DNA of 64,000 nt, taken from contig MU058198.1 in NCBI GenBank assembly GCA_013265495.1, positions 6,649,779 through 6,713,778 on the forward strand, given 5' to 3'. The notes below the pieces were generated by a model that was given only the letters and a program-made list of their open reading frames with translations, searched no databases and was not told the DNA's origin. The position numbers were made by a program, and so were the translations under genes. The DNA is from Vicugna vicugna (lineage: Eukaryota). Positions 1-10,100 of the stretch are shown piece by piece (position 1 is the first letter of the stretch; the number at the start of each line of letters is the position of its first letter).

Positions 1-1930
1 GCCCTGATTCTATACCTTTGGTAAGACTTACAATGGCATAACCAGACAATCAAACCCCATTTAACATAAAACTACTGCCATCAGTAAACCAGGTGTCGTC
101 AGGGTCCTGGAGCGGTTTATCCTGAAAGTCTGGTCTAGCCGCACAAGTTAAATCTAGTATCTCAAGGCCTGAGTGTTTTATAGAGGAGTTACAATTTGGA
201 TTAGGAAGGAAAGAGGCGGGGTTAAGAGTTTGACACAGTTTAATACTAAGTACAGGAGTCTCTAAGAGTAGCGTTTGATATTTGGTGATCTAACCGTCAG
301 AGACCCAGTGAGAAGCCTTTGAATTTAGAATATCCATTACTTGGTGGGCCGTATAGGTAGTTAATGGTTGTCCCAGAGTCAATTTGGATGCCTCTTCGAC
401 TAACAGGGCCACAGAGGCTAGAGCTCTGAGGCAAGGGGGCCATCCCTGGGACACAGGGTCCAAATTTTTAGAGAGGTATGCTTCAGGTTGCTGGGTGGGT
501 CCCAATGCTTGTTTAAGAACTCCCGGGGTGACATGTACAAACAGGATACAGGGCTTTTGTAGATTAGGCAAAGCTAAAGCTGGGGTGCTGTAAGAGTCTG
601 TTTGAGAATTTGCAATGCTTGGTCCATCTCAGGGGTCCATTCTAATGGCTCATTTTCTGGATCCCATAAAGCTTCATAGAGCGGCTTTGCTATGAGGCCA
701 AATTGGGGTATCCAGGTCCTACGAAATCTTGCCATTCCCAGGAAAGATCTGAGTTTTGTTTAGTCGCTGGAGTCCCCATGTCTAAAATTAGACTTTTTCT
801 CTGGACTGGCGAACTCTTCATTCCTAGGTTTCTATGAGGCCCAGGAACTGTACCTTCTGAGTTGAAATTTGGGCCTTAGAGAGAAACTTTATACCCACAT
901 GAGGTTAGTTTCTGTCATATCATTATAGTGTTTAAGTCAGAAGAATCTTTATGAGGACTATATATTAGGAGGTCATCTACATACTGAAGTGAGGCACCGC
1001 CCGGAGAAAACTAAGGTAGAGAGATCTTTAGCTAGAGCTAAAGATCCGAATAAATGGGGACTGTCTCTAAATCCCTGGGGCAGAACTGTCCAAGTTAACT
1101 GTTGGGATACTTGGGTTTCTAAATCCTGCCATTAGAAAGCAAAAAGAAATTGAGAGTCAGAGTGTACAGAGATGCAGAAGAAAGCATCCTTAAGGTCTAA
1201 CATGGAGTACCAAGAGGCCTCAGCAGGAATTTGTCCCAGGAATATAAAAGGGTTTGGCACAATGGGATGTATGGGTATCACAGCCTCGTTGATGGCCCTG
1301 ATATCTTGTACCATCCTGGATGTCCCATCAGCCTTTTTCACAACTAGGATCGGGGTGTTGCATGGAGAGTTACAAGAACGCAACAATCCAGTTGCAAGGA
1401 ATTTGGTGATTAAGGGCTGGAGGCCCCTCCAGGCCTTGGGCTTAGGAGGGTATTGAGATTTTCAAGGTAAAAAGGTAGGATCTTTTCATTGAATTCATAC
1501 AGGTTTTGCAAAAAGGGACCTCCCTGGGGTTGTTATGTCCCAGACCTCCAGAGACACTTGTTGGTAAATATCAAAAGGTATCTCTTGTGGGCCCTGAGCC
1601 AGGGCTAACAAAGGACAGACACACTCTGGCAAGTGGAGGCTGGCCTAAAGCTTAGTCATAATAGTTCTCCCTAATAAGGGGGTGAGGCATTCAGGGAGAA
1701 CAAGAAAGGCATGAGTAAAAGTAAATTTTTCAAGAGTACAAACTAACAGTGAGGTCAAACAGCCAGTTTGTGGATGGCCATCTATCCTGGTAAGGAGGAT
1801 CCAGGACCGAAGTGTTGGTCCAGAAAAACTAATTAAGGTGGAGTAAGTGGCTCCAATATCAACTAGAAATTGGACGAACTTTCCTGCCTATCCAAGGTCT
1901 CCCAAGGCTCTGCCATTGAGATGGAAAGCA
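1..1930 (-). pseudogene. ERV pro-pol (protease, RT, start of RNase H), disrupted
   Basis: Motifs are split across several frames. There is a nonsense codon in FAF*WQD at 1132-1134, and the protease catalytic DTG reads DIG. Confidence 0.9.
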
Positions 1931-1989
1931 TGGGAGCCTGCACGGCCTCTGGGCTCTGTCTGTCCCAGAAGAGTCATCTTCCCCCTCGC

Positions 1990-3330
1990 TGTTATCTGGC
2001 TCCTCATAATCAAGGAACAGAGTTGGGGGCATCTGTTGGTTTCTTACAGGTTTAGCCCCAGGAGCGCCCTGGGGCAGGGTGTCATCCTTGGCACAGGTTC
2101 TTGGCTCTGGGATGGCCCTCCTGCAAGAGGGAGAGAGGGACATCCCGCCTTCAATGTCCCTTTTCCTTGCAGACAGGGCAGGGCCCCCAAGGAGCTCTAG
2201 AGTCTCCTCGCAGATGTGCAGGCTGTTGGCAGTGGAAACAGATGGGGGCTTGTCCTGGAGGAGGCTCCCTCTGGGAAATGCTGGCTCTCGTTACCCGGCT
2301 CAGGTGGTGCTGGCAGGACACTAGCAGTGACGGCGGCCATGTATTTATCTTGCCGTTTGTCCTTTTCTTTTTCTTTTCTCTCCCTTTCAACCTTTGATTT
2401 CTCCTCCCTGTTGTTAAAGACCTTAAAGGCCATATCTAATAGGACAGGAAAGGGAGTTTGTGGGCCCTGTTCAAGCTTTTGAAGTTTTTGTCTAATGTCT
2501 GGGGAGGCCTGACTAATGAAATGAACTGCTGGTATCGCAAGGCCCTCTGCACTTTCAGGATCAAGATTAGCATATTTTCACACGGCCTCTGCCAGCCTGG
2601 AGTGGAAGAGGGCTGGATTTTTGTCAGGTGTCTGAGTAATCTCTCTCGGTTTGGTATAATTAATAGAGTTATTATGGCCTTTTTCATTCTTTCTAATAAA
2701 CAAGTAGTCATATGATTACAATATGTTTTCCAGGGGGTCCCTTTCCTGATATGTCCAGTGGGGATCTGAGTCAGGGACTGATTCTTTTCCAGACCTAGAT
2801 GTGTCTTCAGTGTCAGGATTTTGGATGGCTCAAGTGTGAACCTCGTCAGCCCAGCACTGAGCCAAGGACCAAATGCGAGCTTTTTCTTCCTGAGTACAAC
2901 AAGTGGAGAAAATGACAAATATATCCTGCCAGGTCAAATCAAAGACTATAGTGAGAGCTTGAAATTCTTGTATAAAGCGAGAAGGGTCCTGGCTAAAAGA
3001 GCCCAACCTGGCTTGGAAAGGGACATGGACCTGAATGGTACCTGCCTCGCCATTAGCAACCTCACGAAGGGTCAGCACGTTATCTTGTTTTGAGACTTCT
3101 GAGATATTCATCTTAACTGGGGGTGTTGGTTCTGTCATGTCTTAAATACCTGATCTAGTATGTGGTGGGGGAAGGGGGCTTGATACGGAGGGGGAACTGA
3201 GAATGGGGATGGGCATTCAGTGGTCGCTGGACCCAGGGAGAGAGAGACTGGGGAAGGAGAGGAAGCTGTTGGAGGAGTCCCAGGGCTGGGCCGGTTGGAG
3301 GAGGAAACAATGAAGGACATAGAGGAGACT
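1990..3330 (-). pseudogene. ERV gag (Pro-rich region, capsid, nucleocapsid), frameshifted; boundaries approximate
   Basis: PPPY late-domain-like motif (ORF 3135-3320), LGSFSQDPSRFIQEF..DLTWQDI (2830-3138), AFKVFNNREE (2197-2433) and CFHC..H/CPVC..GH (2151-2390), all in different frames. Confidence 0.85.
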
Positions 3331-3963
3331 GGTTGTTGTTAGGAACCCGAGAAAGGAGGGGGTCATCTAGGATATAAAGTTGGTTGTTAGATATCAAAGA
3401 AGGTGGGTTTCCTAAAAATCAGGTGAGAGCAAGAAGAGGAAAGTTTGTATTGGGTCAGAGTGTAGGTCTAATGGGAAGGGCTTTCCAGTACTTTCCACTC
3501 GACCAGCCTTACCCTATTACGTGTCTGGGGCTGACCAGGAGACAGGGTCCTGGGTGTCTCAATGCACCAGATGACCAGTTCTTATGTGTGCTTTCCCCGA
3601 CAAGACACAAAGTCCCTTTGACCCAGGCATGGGATATGTAGTAGCAAGGAGTAAAGGAGTAGAGGTATTTAGAAAAGACATTTCCTGTGTGCATTCATGG
3701 CTGAGGGCCAGGGGGTCAGTCCTGCCTGTCAGACCGAGTTTTAGAGCCCGCTGAGAGTCGCCCAGCCAAAGTTCCTCAATTCTCTCGGCAAGACTTAGGG
3801 CAAGTCCCAAACGCCAGGGAGCGGCAGAAAGGAAAGTGTGAGAGAGGAAAGGAAAGCAAAAAGGGAAAAGGGAAGCCTGCCTTGGCGATCTGGCCTCCAG
3901 AATGGAGCTTCCAATCAAGCCAGAGGGAGACCCCCGTAAGGAGGGGAGAGAGGAGAAAGAAAG

Positions 3964-3981
3964 TCCCCATGCGGGCCGTCA
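3964..3981 (-). other. Retroviral primer-binding site, best match tRNA-Ile(AAT)
   Basis: The minus strand reads TGACGGCCCGCATGGGGA, 2 nt after the LTR end ...CCAACA. It matches TGGTGGCCCGTACGGGGA (complement of the tRNA-Ile 3' end) at 14/18 positions, and all mismatches are transitions. Confidence 0.7.
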
Positions 3982-3983
3982 AA

Positions 3984-4532
3984 TGTTGGGGGACACGGCA
4001 GGCAGTTTCATGGGCAGTAAAAGAATTTACCAGAGACAAAAGACAGTTTAAGAAACAAAGGAAAAGTTTAATAGATACGCTGCTCTAGGCAACAGCAGGA
4101 CACACAGACGAGAGGTGTGAGCGCCGAGGGTGAAGGTGCAGGGTCTTTTATTGGGGGAAGGGGCTGTGAACACAAGGGGCGGGTGGGCTGCATGATCAGT
4201 TTGTGCACAGCTACCTGATTGGTTGTAAGACTTGTCAGGGGCTACTCTGAGGAAAGGACTTTACGGCTCTCATAAGGGCAGATGCGCCGTAAGGCCTGTC
4301 TGCCTAGGGTGTTGTGAGACTGGCCATTTTCTGGGGGTGGTTAGTTTTGTTAAGATAAACACACGTCAAGGGAGATGTTTTCATCTTGCAGAAATGCAGG
4401 TATGTGGAGGGTCCTGAAGTGGGGGGTGGGGGTTAAGGGTACCAGTGGGCCCCAGGCACATGGAGAGCCCAGGAGTGGGGGTTCTATGGACTTCAGAGTA
4501 GCTTTAGAGAACGCCAGCCAGCCGGCTCCACA
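3984..4532 (-). mobile_element. 5' LTR of the ERV (~550 bp)
   Basis: TGTGG...CCAACA termini. On the minus strand, CCAAT (4218-4222), TATA-like AATAAAA (4146-4152) and poly(A)-like ATTAAA (4067-4072) occur in U3-R order, directly followed by the PBS. The outer boundary is uncertain by about 15 nt. Confidence 0.8.
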
Positions 4533-5019
4533 AACTATACATCAATTTAAAAAAAAAAAAAAAAAAGAAGGAAGTTAGGAAGATTGAAAGAAAACTTTTC
4601 TCTTTTCTCCATGCACTCAGTCACCAAAGCTAGTCTGTTTTCTACCTTCAGTATTTCTAGAATGAATTTTCTTCTCTTTTTGAACTCTTCCCTTCTCAAC
4701 CATAACCATCTCAGCAGCTTCTTTTTTGGGTTCTCTGTCCTCTATCTCTTTTACTTCTCATCAACATTCCACAACATTCCTTGGAATTAGCCAAATGCTT
4801 CCCTTGCTCAACAGCCTTTGAAGACTCCTGGGGTCTTAGGATAAAATCCAAGCCTGGTAAGTTGACTGGAGCCTAATTTATAGTCATCATTACACCCTCT
4901 TTCCAATAAACCTGCCACATATATGGGGAGTCTGGACTTTATTCTGAGGGCAAGAAGTTCTTGGGGATTTATAAGCCAGGAATTGACCCCGTTAGATTTG
5001 CATTTTCTAAAACTCCCCC

Positions 5020-6120
5020 TAGCTGATGTGTGGCGGTGAGAAGGTTGGAGGGAGGCCAGAGATCAGCAAGGAAAGTGTTCATTCACTCATTCATCAAATG
5101 TTTATTTACTACTGCTTGTTTACTGGGCACTGTACTGGGTGCTGGGAAAATAATAGAGGACAGGAAAGACAAGGTTCCTAATCTCATGGAGCTCTGATTC
5201 AAGTCTTGGGGTCACAGGAAGCTATAGGGAGACAGGTAATAAATAAGTTAACCAATACACAATTTCAGATGGTGAGAAGTCTCTAATGTGATCTAATGGT
5301 GGACAGATGATAGAGGCAGCTACCTTACACAGGGTGGTCAGGGAAGGCTTCACTGAGGAGGTGACTTCTGAGCCAAGGCTTGGGTGGGGAAAAGCTTGCT
5401 GTGTTCAAGTAAGATCATGTTTAGTTTTGTAAGAGATTGACATGCCCTTTTCCCACGGTGGATATACCATTTTACATTCCCATCAGGAATACATGAGAAA
5501 CTGTTTCTCCATCTATTCACCAGCATTTGGTGTTACCAATCTTTTAAAATTTTAATTATCCTGGTAGTGTGCAAATAGGAAATTTGCATTTCCCTGATGG
5601 CTAGTAATGTTGACTATCATTTTTCGCACACTTATTTGCCATCCATGACATCACTGAAATCTCTATTGGTGTCCTTTGCACATTTTCAAATAGGATTGAC
5701 TCAGAAGATTTTAAGACAGGATGAGACATGGTCTATGTTTTACAAAGATCACTCTAATTGCTTTGAGAATTAACTAAAGGGGCTAAAAGGCGACAAAAGG
5801 GGAGCAGGAGTCAGTGTGGAAGTTCAGGAGAGAGATGATGGGGACTGCAGTTGGGTATCAGCGCTGGAGATGAAGAAAAAGGGACCCATTCTGGAATATC
5901 CAGTCCTTTGGAGGTAAAGCTTACACGACAGGAGGACACGAAAGATCCAAGGACTTCCAGGCTCCTGGAGTGTACTTTACAGGGGGAGAAATGGATTTGG
6001 GAGAAGGCGAATCAAGGTTCTAGACTTAAGTTTGAGTTGCCAGTCACCGTTCAAGAGGAGGTATCAGGTCAGCTGTTGGAGGGAGGGGTCACAGATAATG
6101 AGAGCTTGACCTAGGGCAGT
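5020..6120. repeat. Ancient L2 fragments interrupted by an L1 3'UTR-like fragment (~5400-5700)
   Basis: TTCATTCACTCATTCATCAAATGTTTATT..CTGGGCACTGT (L2 tail) and CATGTTTAGTTTTGTAAGA..CCATTTTACATTCCCA (L1-like), recognised by eye. Confidence 0.55.
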
Positions 6121-6229
6121 CAGTGGCCGAGAGAGGAATGGAGGGATTTGTGAGGCACTCGGGGGCGGGGGGGATTAGCAGGAATCGGTGACTGGTTGAG
6201 TATCAAAGGAGGGGTGGGGACCTGGAAGT

Positions 6230-7100
6230 TTGACTGACTACGCGGGGACCCAGACCCAGGCGCCCAGAAAAGTGAAGTGGACCCAGCAGCCCTGCCCCGA
6301 GGGACGCTCCACGAGGCGGAGGAACAGGGAGGCCCGACCACAGTTCGCTGTAATGTGAGCCAGGCTTCGGCGGAAGGGCTGCCAGGGACTGACCAAGAGG
6401 CCGGCTCCGGGGCTCGGGAGAGACCGCGAGAACCTCGCCTTCCTTAGGTTGAGGCCGGCGGGTGTCCTGAGGAAGTGTAATTTGAGCAGAGCTCCCAGGT
6501 CACGTGGGGACGCCAGAAAGCCTTTGATGAAAAAACTTGTTCATGGTTTGAAGGACAGGCGTTCTTCTCGAACAGCGCTACCCAGTGAAGAAGACGGGGA
6601 GGGGCGGGGCCTGAGACCGAGGCCAGACGTCGACTCGGAAATCTCCGGCCGAGGCTTGGCCATCTCTCCAACTCCGGCTTCAGCCTCGAGCCCAGGACCC
6701 ATCCGGAAACAGCCGAGCGGATCCGGAAACGGCCGAGAGGACCCGGAAGCGGTGAGCGCCGTCACCAGGGAGTGCGGGAACCCGCCGTTCGCGCGGAGGC
6801 GATGGCGGCAGCTGCGCCGGCGGCCGCGGGCGAGGATGACCGGCGGAGGCAGCCGGGAGCCGGTACGTGACGGTGCGTCCATGCACGCGAGGGGCTGCGA
6901 AACCGGAGGCGGGGCCGAGCTCGGCACTGGTGGCTGGGGGATGGTGAGGGGAGTCTGGAAAAAGGGGCGGGACCAAGCCCCGGCAAAGAGCCGGAGGGGG
7001 CGTGGTCTTTCGATTCCAGGGGGTGGGCCAGTGGCAGGTTAGAGGTGGGGCCCTCTGAGGGAGGGGAGGGGCCTGGTGGATAAGGGGCGGGGCCACTGGA
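6230..7100 (+). promoter_or_regulatory. RABEP2 CpG-island promoter and first exon region
   Basis: High CpG density, GC boxes (e.g. GGGGCGGGGC 6601-6610), E-box GTCACGTG (6499-6506) and three CCGGAA ETS cores (6701-6750) upstream of the ATG at 6802. Confidence 0.85.
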
Positions 7101-10100
7101 AGGGAGGGGGTCGTATCAGAGAAAAGAGGGGATTGGGTGAACCTAGGGAGAAAGAGGCGGGGCTCTAGGCAGCAGACAGCGTAGCTAGGTGAGGAGGAGG
7201 TGGGGAAGGGGCGGGGATAGATGAAGGTGCAAGGACCATGGCTGCAGTACTTAGTTGCAGGATTTGCAGATTTGGGAATATTGGGAATCCGAGAGTGATG
7301 AGCAAACAGGCTGATCTCTGTCCTCCACAGTGCTGGGTCCCCAGCCCCAGGATGGGGCAGAAGTTGAAGCTGAGTCAGGGGAGCTCGGCCGGCTTCGGGC
7401 TGAGCTGGCAGGCGCCCTGGCAGAAATGGAAACCATGAAGGCCGTGGCCGAGGTGAGCGAGAGCACGAAGGCTGAGGCTGTGGCTGCAGTGCAGCGGCAA
7501 TGCCAAGAGGAGGTGGCCTCCCTGCAGGCCATCCTGAAAGGTGAGGCAAGCGCTCCTCCCAGGCTCCCTCGGCGCCCTAAGTGGGAGTGCATAACAAGGA
7601 AGGGGTCATGGCAGATAAGCTATGGGTAGGTTAGCAACGTTGCCTGGCACCGAGCAGGCCCAGGGGCTGAGAGGAAGAGGCGCCCTTTTCTGATTTACAT
7701 AGAGGTGCTGCCTGTGCTAGCAGCAACTCTGTCAATTCCAGCTAAGTTTAGCTTGGAGCTTCTACCCATTCCCTGGCCCCCTGTCACTTCTTGTCCCTTA
7801 CTGATGACTGATCAACCCTGAAAGTGAGCAACTTCTCAGTTCCTTGAGAGCTCATTTGAGCCTCTGGCCAGCATACTCAGCCCTTGGCCTAGTCTCTAAG
7901 TCTAATTGGTTTCCTTTCTTCCCCAGCACCCCTACATCGACACACACCCTCCCCACCCACATGCATAGATTTCCCTCCATCACATCCTCTGTACTGGGCT
8001 GCATCAGCACCCCTCGCCCCAGATCCCCCAGCTTCTTTTCCTATTTCTCCCTCCTCCTCTGGTCAGAGGCCAGAGCCTCTGAAATAGCTTCCAGTCCCAT
8101 CCCACCCCTTCGCTTCCACTGCCTCTGCTGTAGCGAAGCTCTCGTCAAATCCCCTGGACTGTTGCCCCAGCCTTCTTACAAGGCTCCCTCTATAGTCTGA
8201 CCTTGACATTGGCTTCCAGAGTGGACATCCTACAGTTCCCATCCCACCATGTCATTTCCCTTTCTAACAACCACTCTTGGCTCCAGACTTATCTGGGGTC
8301 ATACTTCCCACATTTCAGGCATCCACGTAGCACCTGTGCGACATGGTTGTCTCCTTTTATGACTTATCCTGTTGTCTACTTAATATTTGTTCTTTGAATA
8401 GATCCACTTTTATAAAACGTATATACCTTTATTTTAAAGGAAATTTTCTGTCCCTACAAGAAACAGTATTCTAAATAACAATAATAATAATTTTAGTAAC
8501 TAACATTTATTAAGCACTTACTATATGCCAGGCATTGAGCTAGATGCTTTATGAGTACTTAATCTTCATAGCAATCTCTCTAAGTAGGAACTATTATCTG
8601 TCTCTACTTTACAGAGGAAGCTCTGAAGCCCAGAGAGGTTAGATAACTTACCTAAGGTGATACAGCTAGAAAGTAGCAGAAGATTTAAATCTAGGCACTC
8701 TGGCAACAGAACCTTTACTTTTAATGTTAGTACATGCTAAAATTAATAACTATGCAAATGAAAACTGACCATGTTCCACCCACCACCACCTCTACCTCCC
8801 GCTGACCTGTAAGATAAATTCCAAACTCCTTGGCATGGCATTCAAAGCCTTGGCAGCCATGCACTGCCACCCTCTCCACCTCTCCCAGCATCTCCCTGTG
8901 CACCTTCACTCCAGATCTTCCAACATGCTCACTGCGCCCCAGCCACACCATCCACTTTCCCACCTCTGAAACTTTGCTCCTGTTACTTAATGTGTCCTTT
9001 CTCTCCTTCACCACTTGCTAGTGTCTCTCCTGGCCAGGGAGGCAGAGTGAGGGGCTCCTTCCTTTGGGATCCACAAGCCTAGGAAAGGTCCTCTCACAGC
9101 TCTTCCCCTGTTGCTTCGTAACTATTTCCCTGGCTGTCGTCCTCATTGGACTGTGGGCTCCTGGTGTCAGGGTTTGTATTTAGTCAATTTCTCTATTTCC
9201 AGAGCCCAGCTCAGAGTCTGGCCCAGAGTAAATATTTATGACTATTATTATATATATATATATATATATATATATTTTAGTTGAAGTATAATTTGTTTAC
9301 AATGTTGTGTTAATTTCTGATGTACAGCATAGTGACTTAATTATACATATATATATTTCTTTTCATATTCTTTTTCATTATAGGCTATTACAAGGGGTAT
9401 TGAAAGTAGCTCCCCGTGCTATACAGTAGGACTTTGCTATTCATCTATTTTATATATAATAGTTAGTAATTAGATATTGATTGTTATTGGTATGTATTAA
9501 TAGAAACAGAGCTTATCTTTAGCATTTATTATCTACCAGGAAGAGGGCTGAACACCTTCCAGATGTCATGTCATTTGATCCTATATAACATGCCAGTGGG
9601 ATAATCATTAGCTGAAGACATTATGCAGAGAGGCTAACTGATGGCCCAGGACCACCTGCCATAAAGCCCCCTGTCTTCACCACTGTGGTGGATTGCCTGG
9701 CAGAGAGCCGCAGTGATGGCGAGCCCCCCCACCCACTCCCAGGTAGGGCCGGCGCACTGACCCTCCCTCTCCTCTGCCCTTCCTGCCCCGCCAGACTCCA
9801 TCAGCAGCTATGAAGCCCAGATCAGTTCTCTGAAGCAGGAGCGGCAGCAGCAACAGCAAGACTGTGAGGAGAAGGAGCGGGAGCTGGGGCGCCTGAAGCA
9901 GCTGTTGTCCCGGGCCCACCCCCTAGACTCCTTGGAGAAGCAGATGGAAAAGGTTGGGGTTGGGATGGCCTGCCCTTCTCCTCTCCTCCCCACTCCACCC
10001 TGGGATTTGGAAAGATGTTGAGGCAGCCAAACGTGACCATGGGGCAGAGGGATTGTCGGTATCCCATCGCCACATCACTGGGAACAGGGCACCCAGCGAT

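Larger units (their letters stand above)
1..4532 (-). mobile_element. Degenerate class I (gammaretrovirus-like, ERV1) endogenous retrovirus: 5' LTR, PBS, leader, gag, pro and RT/RNase H; continues beyond the left window edge
   Basis: Minus-strand order is LTR, PBS, gag, pro, pol. Motifs: capsid DLTWQDI (ORF 2830-3138), AFKVFNNREE, Cys/His knuckles (ORF 2151-2390), protease FLVDIGATYS (1849-1860) and PLLGR, RT SPCNTPIL..VQDIRAIN..LDLKDAFF (ORF 1132-1386), TVLPQGF (~1070-1090), YVDD (972-983), GWPPCLRALA tether (ORF 290-571), RNase H WFTDGSSF (~70-95). Confidence 0.95.

Noticed and set aside
1..3330. ERV as a source of an intact or domesticated protein
   Set aside because: It has multiple frameshifts and stops and a mutated protease active site. 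The longest fragments are under about 160 aa.
6701..6760. Short direct repeats as a CRISPR-like array (also 18851-18900 and 58496-58550)
   Set aside because: The units are contiguous with no unique spacers, the context is mammalian, and there are no cas genes.
6449..7549. Long ORFs 6449-7042 (+, 197 aa) and 6680-7549 (-, 289 aa)
   Set aside because: These are stop-poor CpG-island sequence with low-complexity Pro/Arg/Gly translations. They overlap RABEP2 exons 1-2 out of frame or antisense.
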